A stretch of DNA of 64,000 bases, taken from NCBI GenBank assembly GCA_035569455.1, contig DATMMZ010000285.1, positions 9,189 through 73,188 of the forward strand, read 5' to 3'. The notes beneath the pieces are model-generated. The model was given only the letters and a program-made list of their open reading frames with translations. It ran no database searches and was not told where the DNA came from. A program made the position numbers and the translations under genes. Below are positions 46,611 through 56,965 of this stretch, piece by piece (within the stretch, counting starts at the first letter, position 1; every line of letters starts with the position of its first letter). Source of the DNA: Mycobacterium sp. GTDB lineage: Bacteria; Actinomycetota; Actinomycetes; Mycobacteriales; Mycobacteriaceae.

Positions 46611-47087
46611 GTGATTACCGGGTTGGCCCACAGCGGGGTGTGCGTTCCCGACTGTGAGGCCGCGGTGGCGTTCTACCGCGATGTGTTAGGCCTGCGTGTG
46701 CTCTCGCCGCCGTATGTCATGGCCGGTAACGCCATTCGCAACGACATGGGTGAGCTGGTGTCGGATCCCACCATGAAGGCGGCCGTCGTCGGATTCGGGG
46801 ACGACGGCGACCGCGTCGTCGAGGTGATCGAGTATCTCAACGTCGAAGGTGGCGCTGAAGGCCGGGCCCTGACCGATCACGGACTCTCGCACGTCGGGCT
46901 GATCTGTGAGGACATCGACGCCACCCGGGCGGAACTCGAGAGCAAGGGAGTGCGCTTCCTGGTCAGCGGGATCGCGGACGTCGCGTGCGTTCGCACGACT
47001 TGGTTCGTCGATCCCTGGGGCTTGGTTTTCATCCTGGTGGAGAAGAGCAGGCCCGAGCGACCCTACTTTTCGCAATCGGGGGCGTGA
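46611..47087 (+). CDS. VOC/glyoxalase-family protein
   Basis: H, E, H, E metal ligands (AHSG, VEVIE, SHVG, DPWG..ILVE); TAAGGT -10. Confidence 0.85.
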   Translation: MITGLAHSGVCVPDCEAAVAFYRDVLGLRVLSPPYVMAGNAIRNDMGELVSDPTMKAAVVGFGDDGDRVVEVIEYLNVEGGAEGRALTDHGLSHVGLICEDIDATRAELESKGVRFLVSGIADVACVRTTWFVDPWGLVFILVEKSRPERPYFSQSGA

Positions 47088-48529
47088 TGCCCCGAAAAAT
47101 CACTGTCGGCGTCATCGGTGCGGGCGCCGGCGGCATCGCGATGGGAATCCAGCTGGCCGACGGCGGATATGACTTCACCATCTTCGACCGCGCCGACGGC
47201 TTCGGCGGGACCTGGCGCCACAACACGTTCCCTGGTGCGGCCTGCGATGTCCCGTCGCATCTGTACTCGTACTCTTTCGCGCTCAACCCGCGGTGGAGCA
47301 AGACCTATGCCAACCAGCCCGAGATCCTGGCCTACCTCGAGCAGGTGGCCGCCGACCACGGGCTTGGCGCACACTTGCGGCCCAACACCGCGATCACCGC
47401 GGTGCGGTGGTCGGACAGCCGGCGGCGCTGGACGCTTGGCACCGGCGACGGCCGGGAGCACGAGTTCGACGTGGTGGTGAGCGCGGTCGGGATGCTCGAT
47501 GTGCCCCATATTCCGGATATCCCTGGGGCGCAACGGTTTCAGGGCCGCCGATTCCATTCGGCGCGCTGGGACCACAGCAAGTCGACGGCGGGGGAGCGGG
47601 TCGCGTCGATCGGCACGGGCGCCAGCGCGGTTCAATACGTTCCCGCGATTGCCCCAAAGGCGGCGCGTCTCACCGTGTTTCAGCGCACCCCGATTTGGAT
47701 TTCGCCCCGCTTCGACTTCCCGTTCACCCCCCAGCAGCACGAGGAGTTCGAACGCGACCCGGCGCTGGCGCAAAAGCTGCGCGACGAAGCCTTCGATGCC
47801 TACGAGTCATCCAGCTTCGACGTCGACGCGACGCAGACCCGCGAGGCGACGGAACTGGCCCGCAGCTACCTCATGCGCAAGGTGGCCGACCCCGAGTTGC
47901 GCGCGAAGCTGACGCCGGACTATCCGGTCGGCTGCAAGCGGCCGCTCATGTCGCGCGAGTGGTACCCCACTTTCGGGTTGCCGCATGTCAGGCTGGAGAC
48001 AACCGCTATCGCCGAGCTGACCGAGCGGGGGGTGCGCACGGTTGACGGCGTCGAACACTGCGTCGACACCATCATCTACGGCACCGGGTTCAAGGCCGCC
48101 GACTACCTGTCCAGCATCGACGTGTACGGAGCCGGCGACCGTCACCTTCGCGACGACTGGAGCGACGGCGCGGAGGCCTACCTCGGCACGCTGGTGGCCG
48201 GGTACCCGAACTTCTTCATGCTCTACGGCCCCAACACAAACGGGGTCAACTCAATCATCTACATCCATGAGGCGCAGACGACCTTCATCCGTCACATTCT
48301 CGACGTGATGGCTAGCGGCGGGGCGCGCAGCATCGAGGTGACTGCCGCGGCGCAGCGGCGCTACAACGACGAGATCCAGACAGCCATGGCGGGCAAAGTT
48401 TGGCTTGCCAACTGCAACAATTACTTTCGCCATCCCAGTGGCAAGGTGGTGACCCAATTGCCGTACAGCGGCCGGACATTCTTCGAACGCACCCGCGCGT
48501 TGATACCGGATGATTACGCCCTGCGCTAA
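47087..48529 (+). CDS. Flavin-containing (Baeyer-Villiger-type) monooxygenase
   Basis: TGATG coupling; GAGAGG, GGTW..N.FPGAACD, FQG..FHSARW, GTGASA, GTGF. Confidence 0.92.
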   Translation: MPRKITVGVIGAGAGGIAMGIQLADGGYDFTIFDRADGFGGTWRHNTFPGAACDVPSHLYSYSFALNPRWSKTYANQPEILAYLEQVAADHGLGAHLRPNTAITAVRWSDSRRRWTLGTGDGREHEFDVVVSAVGMLDVPHIPDIPGAQRFQGRRFHSARWDHSKSTAGERVASIGTGASAVQYVPAIAPKAARLTVFQRTPIWISPRFDFPFTPQQHEEFERDPALAQKLRDEAFDAYESSSFDVDATQTREATELARSYLMRKVADPELRAKLTPDYPVGCKRPLMSREWYPTFGLPHVRLETTAIAELTERGVRTVDGVEHCVDTIIYGTGFKAADYLSSIDVYGAGDRHLRDDWSDGAEAYLGTLVAGYPNFFMLYGPNTNGVNSIIYIHEAQTTFIRHILDVMASGGARSIEVTAAAQRRYNDEIQTAMAGKVWLANCNNYFRHPSGKVVTQLPYSGRTFFERTRALIPDDYALR

Positions 48530-48555
48530 GGGTCGCGTCTGCTCGCGGTGCGCTG

Positions 48556-49497
48556 CTATGGTGCGCCGGCGCTGCGTATGTGACTGAGCAGGTCCCGGAT
48601 TGCGCCGGCCGGTGGAGTGCGCCCGCCCGCCCAGATCGCCCTCAGCTCGCGGCGCAGGTTCAGCTCCGGCACTTCGACAGCGCGTAGCCGTCCGACGGCC
48701 AGGTCGTCGGCCACGGTCAATCTGCTCATCACCGCCGGCCCCGCACCCGCCAGGACAGCGCCGCGCACCGCTGCCGCAGACGATAATTCCAGCGCCGGGC
48801 TTGCTTGTTCGACAGCATCGCCCAGGACGCTCCGTAGTGCCGCATTCAGGCAATCGCGTGTACCTGAACCCAGTTCACGTGTGACAAGCGGTGTCTGGCT
48901 GAGTTCATATGCGGTCACAGGTTTCGAGCGGCGGGCCCACTTGTGGTCGGGCGGCACGATCGCCACGAGTTCGTCGCGCGCAACAACTGAGCTACGCAGC
49001 CCGCTGGGCACGCCGGGGCTCTCGATGAATCCGAGGTCCGCAGCCCCGTCGCGGACCGCCGCGATTGCGTGGTCGCTGTTGGTGGCGGTAAGAATCACCT
49101 CCGGTGCGGTGCGGCCACTGCGGGTTGCCGCGGCTTGCAGTGACACCAGCCACCGGGGCATCAGCTGTTCGGCGATCGTCAGGCTCGCGACCACCTTGAC
49201 GCGCTTGCGGCTTTCGGTCCGCAGCGAGGCCAGGCCGGCGTCGACTTGCTGGGCGACATCCAGCAACCGGTCCGCCCACTGCGCGACGACGACCCCGGCG
49301 GGGGTCAGATGCGAGCCGCGCGCGGTACGCACCGCAAGCCGCACGCCGGTCTGCGCCTCGATCGAGGTGAGCCGCGCCGACACTGCCTGCTGGGTCAGTC
49401 CGAGTTCCCGGCCCGCGGCGCCGAGGCTGCCCGTCTTGGCAACCGTCAGAAAGACTTCGAACGCGGACAGTTCAGGCATGCGGGAGCTCAGCGCCAT
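48556..49497 (-). CDS. LysR-family regulator (CysL-like)
   Basis: GSLGAA..LGLTQQAVS HTH; DLGFIE; RELGSGTR. Confidence 0.92.
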   Translation of the reverse strand: MALSSRMPELSAFEVFLTVAKTGSLGAAGRELGLTQQAVSARLTSIEAQTGVRLAVRTARGSHLTPAGVVVAQWADRLLDVAQQVDAGLASLRTESRKRVKVVASLTIAEQLMPRWLVSLQAAATRSGRTAPEVILTATNSDHAIAAVRDGAADLGFIESPGVPSGLRSSVVARDELVAIVPPDHKWARRSKPVTAYELSQTPLVTRELGSGTRDCLNAALRSVLGDAVEQASPALELSSAAAVRGAVLAGAGPAVMSRLTVADDLAVGRLRAVEVPELNLRRELRAIWAGGRTPPAGAIRDLLSHIRSAGAP

Positions 49498-49508
49498 GAT
49501 TCATGCAA

Positions 49509-49527
49509 CCACAAGTCCGCCTTGTGG
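49509..49527. promoter_or_regulatory. Putative LysR binding palindrome
   Basis: CCACAAG-tccgc-CTTGTGG, 11 nt upstream of the LysR ATG. Confidence 0.6.
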
Positions 49528-49553
49528 GTCCACAACCACGACGTCTATAAATT

Positions 49554-50603
49554 CTACGGCAGCCGTGCGCGCAGCCAGGCGATGATCTTCGGCACCACCT
49601 CGGCCGCCTTGCTCATCGCGATGTGGCCGGTGCCGTCGATCAGGTGCACTTCGGTGTTCGGGCGGCCTTCGAAGACGAGCGTGTCCGACTGCGGGATGAA
49701 GTAATCGTCGGCGCCATTAATCACCAGCATCGCCGAATTGCGATGCTGGGCAAGAAGGTCCCGTCGGTTCAGCTGTCCGAGTCCGGCGCTGAGCTCGTCG
49801 AGGGTGGGCGAGTGGTCCCAGTGCATGGCGTTGCCGACGATGTCGTGCATGCCATAGGGCAGGTTCTTCACGTTCTCCGGTTCGAACGAATCGACGACCG
49901 GACCGCCGAGATCGACTGCGGCGTCCACGATCCCCGCCAGCCCCGACATCGCCGAGAAATTTCCGCCGAACGAAGCCCCGAAGTGAGCGACCCTGCCGTC
50001 GCCGAGTGACCGGGCGTAGTCGGCGATTCCGCGGATCACCTCGTCGGCGTGCTTGTCGAGCGGGATCGACGTTTCACCGGTGCCGGGGTGGTCGAAGGCC
50101 AAGGTGGTCACGCCGGCACCCTCGGTGAATCCGACCCACCACGGATGGATGTCCATCTTCCAGGTGTCCACCCCGCCGCTGGCGATCAGAACTGGCCGGG
50201 CCGCATAGTCGCCGTCGGTAGAGTACAGGTGGACCGGCACGTCGACGGTGCCGTCCCGGTAGGGCACGGTGATGATGCGGCGCTCGAAGGCCACCGGGAA
50301 ATCCTTGGCCGCCAACAGGAATTGCTCGAGCTGGTTTTGCAAGGCGCGCACCCGGGCCTGGTCGGTCAGGCAAGGGAACTTCGCGCAGCCATAGACCAGT
50401 GCCGCAATGCGGTGGTCGCCGCGGTCGGCGTATTCCTCGGCGACCTTCGACCATTCGTAAACCCAGCCGCCGGGCGCGTCTGCCCACATGTCGGTGGTGG
50501 CGGCCCGAACGCGCTCGACATCGTCGAGCGGGATGCCGAACTTCTCGAATTGGTGGCTGCGGTCCTCGAACATGTCCGCGGCGGAGACGTCGTAGGTGTA
50601 CAT
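49554..50603 (-). CDS. Alpha/beta hydrolase (FrsA/DUF1100-like)
   Basis: GGVDTWK, D.PGTGE, GASFGG, NGADD, GH. Confidence 0.85.
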   Translation of the reverse strand: MYTYDVSAADMFEDRSHQFEKFGIPLDDVERVRAATTDMWADAPGGWVYEWSKVAEEYADRGDHRIAALVYGCAKFPCLTDQARVRALQNQLEQFLLAAKDFPVAFERRIITVPYRDGTVDVPVHLYSTDGDYAARPVLIASGGVDTWKMDIHPWWVGFTEGAGVTTLAFDHPGTGETSIPLDKHADEVIRGIADYARSLGDGRVAHFGASFGGNFSAMSGLAGIVDAAVDLGGPVVDSFEPENVKNLPYGMHDIVGNAMHWDHSPTLDELSAGLGQLNRRDLLAQHRNSAMLVINGADDYFIPQSDTLVFEGRPNTEVHLIDGTGHIAMSKAAEVVPKIIAWLRARLP

Positions 50604-50609
50604 GGCAGA

Positions 50610-52172
50610 TCAGCCCCTAACCTTGGCGAAGTAGTCGGCGACCGTTGTGGTGTCGTCGAGGGAGGCGACGGCGCCGATGTAGCCGTCCGGACGGATCACG
50701 ACGCGCCCACCGTTTTTGAGTCCGAATCGCTGTGCCACAACACCATTCGGATCTGCGATGACGGTGTCGTACCCGGCGACCGGGATGTCGTCAGCGGTCA
50801 CCAGCACCTGCACCTGACCTTCCCCCGCGGCCGGGGCCACGTGGCCGGAGGCGACGGTGAGCAGGACGTGACCGGTGTTCTGAACGCCGCACACCACGGA
50901 GAGTTGCTTCTGCACCGCCGCATCGACCGCATGCGGAAGATGATCGCCGGCAGCTACTTTGGCGTGCTTCGGAGCTGAACCCACGGCGATCGGGCTGTCG
51001 CGGTAGTTGATGTTGACCTCTTCGGCCATGTTGGCCATGAATCGCCGCGCCGCAGGGACGTGCGACAGCATCCGAATCACGACGTCGCGGATCCGGCGCG
51101 GCACACCGGACAGCGTGCCGGCCCTGGTGAGCCGATCGGTGAACGCGATGACGCTGTCGGCGACCGGGATGCGCTCGGCCTCGTAGCTGTCGAGCAGGGT
51201 GTCACCGGCTTGGCCGTTGACCACCGCCGCCAGCTTCCAGGCCAGGTTGAACGCGTCCTGCATGCCGGTGTTCATGCCCTGGCCGCCGGCCGGGCTGTGG
51301 ATGTGGGCGGCGTCGCCGGCCAAAAAGACCCGGCCCCAGCGGTAGGCCGGCACCCGCGCGTGGTGGATCTCGAAGCTGGTCAGCCAGTGCGAGCGCACCA
51401 CCCGAATGCCACCAATGCGCCGGTCGAGGATCGCCTGCAGCTCGTCCTGCGTCGGGTGCATGTTCATCGGGGTACCGGGTGCGTCGTGCACCTCCGCGAG
51501 GAACCGCATCCGGCCGTCCAGCATTGGCAGCACCACCACCGGCCCGTGCGGGGCGAAGAAGGTGTGCATGCTGTCCAGGTCCAGCCCGTGCTCGGCGTCG
51601 ACGTCACCGAGCAGGAAGCGTTCGCCCACGAACGACCCGGCGAGCTTGGTGCCGACCACTTTTCGCACGGTGCTGTGCGCGCCGTCGGCCCCGATCACCC
51701 AGGAAGTGCTGACCTGCTCGGTAGACCCGTCGTCGTGGCGCACGGTGAGTTCCGCGGCGCCGCCGTCCTGGGCCAGCGCGACCAGCTCGACACCGCGCTC
51801 GACGATGACGCCGAGCGACTGCAGGTGATCGCCCAGCACGCGCTCGGTTTCGGTCTGCGCCGTGGTCAAGGTGAAGGGGAACGCGCTATCTACCCCACCG
51901 AGCGGGATGCGGAACAGCCTGCTGTGCCCGGCGTAGAGCTGCATCGCGGTGGCTTTGATCCCGGTGCTCACCATCTCATCGACGATGCCCATCCGGTCGA
52001 ACATGTCCAGGCTGCGGGCGTGTACCGCGATCGCGCGGGACTGGTCGGTGGGTTGTGCCAACTTGTCGATCACCCGGACGCGAACGCCGCGGCGGGCGAG
52101 CTCGGCGGCGGCGACCAGGCCAGCGGGTCCGGCGCCGACGACTACGACATCGGGGTTTGGGTTGGTGTTCAT
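50610..52172 (-). CDS. FAD-dependent monooxygenase (aromatic hydroxylase type)
   Basis: GAGPAG, GADGAHS.VR, GDAAHIHSPAGGQGMN, C-terminal RPDG; AAGGAG SD. Confidence 0.92.
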   Translation of the reverse strand: MNTNPNPDVVVVGAGPAGLVAAAELARRGVRVRVIDKLAQPTDQSRAIAVHARSLDMFDRMGIVDEMVSTGIKATAMQLYAGHSRLFRIPLGGVDSAFPFTLTTAQTETERVLGDHLQSLGVIVERGVELVALAQDGGAAELTVRHDDGSTEQVSTSWVIGADGAHSTVRKVVGTKLAGSFVGERFLLGDVDAEHGLDLDSMHTFFAPHGPVVVLPMLDGRMRFLAEVHDAPGTPMNMHPTQDELQAILDRRIGGIRVVRSHWLTSFEIHHARVPAYRWGRVFLAGDAAHIHSPAGGQGMNTGMQDAFNLAWKLAAVVNGQAGDTLLDSYEAERIPVADSVIAFTDRLTRAGTLSGVPRRIRDVVIRMLSHVPAARRFMANMAEEVNINYRDSPIAVGSAPKHAKVAAGDHLPHAVDAAVQKQLSVVCGVQNTGHVLLTVASGHVAPAAGEGQVQVLVTADDIPVAGYDTVIADPNGVVAQRFGLKNGGRVVIRPDGYIGAVASLDDTTTVADYFAKVRG

Positions 52173-52188
52173 CGCCATCTCCTTGATT

Positions 52189-52270
52189 TTTCACGCCTCG
52201 TTGAAATTATGAGTCTCACGCTACGTTGAATCTAGTTTCAACGCAAGAGGAAATTCACGCTATGATGAAA
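52189..52270. promoter_or_regulatory. Four 18-bp operator-like boxes between the divergent monooxygenase and TetR genes
   Basis: tttcacgcctcgttgaaa (52189), tctcacgctacgttgaat (52214), tttcaacgcaagaggaaa (52236, inverted), attcacgctatgatgaaa (52253). Confidence 0.72.
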
Positions 52271-52273
52271 CTC

Positions 52274-52882
52274 ATGGCGAAGAGAGCGATAACTCCCGGT
52301 CCTCGAGATGAACGCGGGGTGCTGGCCGCGCGGATCCTTGCCGCCGCCCGCGACGAGTTCGCCCAGCATGGCTGGGCCGGAAGCACCATCCGGGCGGTTG
52401 CGCGCGCCGCCGACGTCGACCCCGCGCTGGTCTACCACTACTTCGGATCGAAGGAAGGCCTGCTGGACGCGGCGACGAACCCGCCGCAGAAATGGCTGGA
52501 AAGCGTCGCCAAGGTCTGGACCACGCCCGTCGACCAGCTGGGCGCCGCGCTGATCACGCTGCTGCTGGCCAGCTGGGCCGACGACGAGATCGGGCCGACG
52601 CTGCGCGCCATCCTGCAGACCGCCGCGCACGAACCCGCCACCCGCGAGAAGCTGCGGCGGGTCGTCGAGGGCAGCCTGATGGGGGTCTCGGGGCTCGGCA
52701 CCGACGAACGAGAGCGCCTGGTCCGCAGCGGGCTCATCTCGTCACAGATGATGGGCTTCGCGCTGATGCGCTACGTCTGGAAGATCGAGCCCATCGCGTC
52801 GATGAGCGACGACGAGGCGATCGCCGCGGTCAGCCCCAACCTGCAGCACTACGTCGATGGTGATCTGACTACTGGATCGTGA
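52274..52882 (+). CDS. TetR-family regulator
   Basis: ILAAAR..F...G...TIRAVARAADVDPALVYHYFGSKEGL; TATGAT -10 7 nt upstream of ATG 52274. Confidence 0.93.
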   Translation: MAKRAITPGPRDERGVLAARILAAARDEFAQHGWAGSTIRAVARAADVDPALVYHYFGSKEGLLDAATNPPQKWLESVAKVWTTPVDQLGAALITLLLASWADDEIGPTLRAILQTAAHEPATREKLRRVVEGSLMGVSGLGTDERERLVRSGLISSQMMGFALMRYVWKIEPIASMSDDEAIAAVSPNLQHYVDGDLTTGS

Positions 52883-52939
52883 GCAGACGCAGAATCGCAC
52901 AATTCGCCGCGTAGGGATGCCATTCTCTGTCTGCTCGCG
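52878..52939. repeat. Mycobacterial REP-like palindromic element between convergent genes
   Basis: cgtGAGCAGACgcagaat...attctctGTCTGCTCgcg; a right-arm-only copy lies at 48535-48547. Confidence 0.65.
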
Positions 52940-52948
52940 AAGGGTGAA

Positions 52949-53443
52949 TTACTCGATGAAGAAGTTGTCGTGGCGCACGAGCCACTCCCGGCGTTCGTCG
53001 TCGGTCATGTCAGCCAGGGCACCGAAACCCTCGAAGTAGGCCTCGCGCGGCGAGCCCGGGGCGAAGAGCATCAGCATCGATGCGGGTTCGTCTGCCTCAT
53101 TGCGGAAGCCGTGAATCCCGCCGGGCGGGACATAGAGGAAGTCGCCTTGACGGCCGTCGGTCCAGTCGTTGCCGTCGTAGAGCTTGATCGTCCCGGACAG
53201 CACGAAGAACGCCTCGGACATGGTGCGGTGGAAGTGTGCCGGAGGTCCGCCGCCGGCCGGGGCGATGTCGACCCGGTACAGGCCGTAGTCGCCGTCGGTG
53301 TCCTGCTGATTGGCCAGGTAGTGATGGTTGACGCCGGGCGTCTGGTGATCGGGCGGCTGGTCCGCTCGCTTGAACCAGGCGCTGACTTCAGGTTCGTCTC
53401 CGGTGTAACGGGGCGGCGGATACGGCGGCACGACGAGTGACAT
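52949..53443 (-). CDS. Cupin-domain protein
   Basis: P.HFH....EAFFVLSG and VPPGGIHGFRN cupin motifs. Confidence 0.9.
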   Translation of the reverse strand: MSLVVPPYPPPRYTGDEPEVSAWFKRADQPPDHQTPGVNHHYLANQQDTDGDYGLYRVDIAPAGGGPPAHFHRTMSEAFFVLSGTIKLYDGNDWTDGRQGDFLYVPPGGIHGFRNEADEPASMLMLFAPGSPREAYFEGFGALADMTDDERREWLVRHDNFFIE

Positions 53444-53596
53444 CAACCCAGTCTGCCGAACTTGCCTGCGCCGACCGGCACCCCGCAGGATTTCGAATTC
53501 TCGTACCCGGCGGCATTCCCGTCGGTCATATCGGTCGCCGTCCCTGAGGGTGCGATGGCATTGGTGGCGATGCCCCGCTCGGCGAGTTCGGGGGCC
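53443..53596 (-). pseudogene. SDR C-terminal remnant
   Basis: ELAERGIATNAIAPSGTATDM...GRLG; no Rossmann or YxxxK part upstream. Confidence 0.6.
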
Positions 53597-53621
53597 CGAG
53601 GGTGAGCACCATCGCCGAACG

Positions 53622-53828
53622 GTGGCCCAGCTTGGCGTCGACGACGACGACCGCCGGATGCGCAGCGGGCTGGTTTCGACCCAGATGATCGGATTCGCGC
53701 TGATGCGTTACGTGTGGAAGATCGAGCCGGTGGCCTCGATGACCGAGGACCAGGTACTGGCCGCCGTCGCGCCGAACGTGCAGCGCTACATCGACGGGGA
53801 ATTGTCAGAACCGCCAACGGCGGGCTGA
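53622..53828 (+). pseudogene. C-terminal remnant of a second TetR paralogue
   Basis: RSGLVSTQMIGFALMRYVWKIEPVASM aligns with RSGLISSQMMGFALMRYVWKIEPIASM of the intact TetR; no HTH. Confidence 0.8.
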
Positions 53829-53867
53829 GCGACGCGGGCGACGCGTCGCAGTCGTAGCATCGCTGCT

Positions 53868-54569
53868 GTGGAGACGTCGGTCGCCGAGGAACGGGTAAGG
53901 GCGCAAAAGCTTCTCGACGCCCAGGACAAGGCGGCGCGACTGTTCGACGAGATCGAGCGGCGCGCCATGATCCGCGCCGGAGTCGGTGAGCAGGAGTTGT
54001 CCGACGAGATCCGCGACCTGGCCGCGGACATGTTCGGAGTGACCCGGCATTGGCATCGACGGATTGTGCGGGCCGGCGAGAACACTTTGCAGCCTTTCAA
54101 GGAACACCCGCCGGACCGGGTGATCGCCGACGACGACATCGTGTTTCTCGACCTCGGCCCGATATTTGAGGAGTGGGAGGCGGACTTCGGGCGCACGTTC
54201 GTCCTGGGCCCCGATCCCGACAAGGCGGCCGTCCTGGATGCGCTGACGCGTGTGTGGCAGGCGGGCCGTGAGCATTTCGAGCGCCACCCCGAGATCACCG
54301 GTGCCCAATTGTTCGACTACACCGTGGAGGTGGCCCGGGCCGAGGGTTTCGAGTGGGGCAGCCACATTGCGGGCCACCTCGTCGGAGAGTTCCCGCACAA
54401 GAAGATCGCCGGGACAGCTACCGAGTGGTACATCATGCCCGGTTCCGACAAGCCGATGCGGCGCGCGGATCCGAGCGGCCGTCGCTGTCACTGGATCCTT
54501 GAAGTCCATTTGATCGACCCAACCCGCGGCTTCGGCGGTTTCTACGAGCAACTGCTCGACCTGCCCTGA
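53868..54569 (+). CDS. M24-family metallopeptidase (single domain)
   Basis: DLGP, ADFGRT, GHLVG..H, LEVH, YEQ; TAGCAT -10. Confidence 0.87.
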   Translation: METSVAEERVRAQKLLDAQDKAARLFDEIERRAMIRAGVGEQELSDEIRDLAADMFGVTRHWHRRIVRAGENTLQPFKEHPPDRVIADDDIVFLDLGPIFEEWEADFGRTFVLGPDPDKAAVLDALTRVWQAGREHFERHPEITGAQLFDYTVEVARAEGFEWGSHIAGHLVGEFPHKKIAGTATEWYIMPGSDKPMRRADPSGRRCHWILEVHLIDPTRGFGGFYEQLLDLP

Positions 54570-54635
54570 AGCCGGGCCCCGCTTTCTGCAGCCGCCTATC
54601 TCCACGGCTGGCCGGTCGGGCGGCGCTGGGTGTTC

Positions 54636-54662
54636 CTTGCACTCGGCATGGGCGAGTGCTAA
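54636..54662 (+). promoter_or_regulatory. CIRCE element 1 (HrcA operator)
   Basis: CTTGCACTC-N9-GAGTGCTAA. Confidence 0.93.
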
Positions 54663-54670
54663 GAATGACG

Positions 54671-56424
<1,754 letters not shown>

Positions 56425-56437
56425 GTCCCACTCCTCA

Positions 56438-56478
56438 ACGGAAAAGCCCGGTCCCCTTGTGGGGCCGGGCTTTTCCGT
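56438..56478. terminator. Bidirectional intrinsic terminator after groEL2
   Basis: ACGGAAAAGCCCGGTCCC...GGGGCCGGGCTTTTCCGT hairpin between convergent genes. Confidence 0.9.
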
Positions 56479-56493
56479 ACACGCAGCTATGGC

Positions 56494-56937
56494 TTAGGCC
56501 GGCTCAGTGAACACCACGCAGTCATGCAGGCAGCCCTTGGCCGCCGCGGGGGAGTCGGGGTCGGCCTCGCGGTGCAGCAAGGCGCGGGTGGGCACGACAC
56601 CGCAGCGGGCGGTCTCGTCAGCTGAGTTTTCAGGGTCGGATAACTCGACGCAGCCGTCGACGATGAGCGAATAGCCGCCGGGCTGACGCGGGGGCCACAG
56701 CAGAGTGACGTCGCGGTGGTGGGCCAGGTTTTTCCGCGTGCGGCCCCCAATGAGGCCGACGTCGACGATTGCGCTGGGTCCGGCCGGGTCGTCGGAATGA
56801 TCGCGCAGCACCGGTTCCACCGTCACGGTGTGCGCGTGGTAGCCGTCATCGACGGTGATCAGGTAGGCGAACGGGTAATCGGTGAGAGCGGCGGCCAGCC
56901 GCTTGAGGTCCACCTTCTTTGCGGTCTTGGCGCCCAT
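56494..56937 (-). CDS. Rv0441c-like protein (possible PNPOx-like split barrel)
   Basis: [12 protein letters not shown]....FAYLITV; GGYSLIVDG; PTRALLHR; synteny. Confidence 0.82.
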   Translation of the reverse strand: MGAKTAKKVDLKRLAAALTDYPFAYLITVDDGYHAHTVTVEPVLRDHSDDPAGPSAIVDVGLIGGRTRKNLAHHRDVTLLWPPRQPGGYSLIVDGCVELSDPENSADETARCGVVPTRALLHREADPDSPAAAKGCLHDCVVFTEPA

Positions 56938-56965
56938 GAGTTCGAGGATAGGCGTTGATGTGGCG

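Noticed and set aside
49554-52172. Possible alkylquinolone-degradation (aqd-like) cluster
   Set aside because: The hydrolase has a GxSxGG serine-hydrolase/FrsA-like signature rather than a cofactor-free dioxygenase signature, so no specific substrate can be supported.
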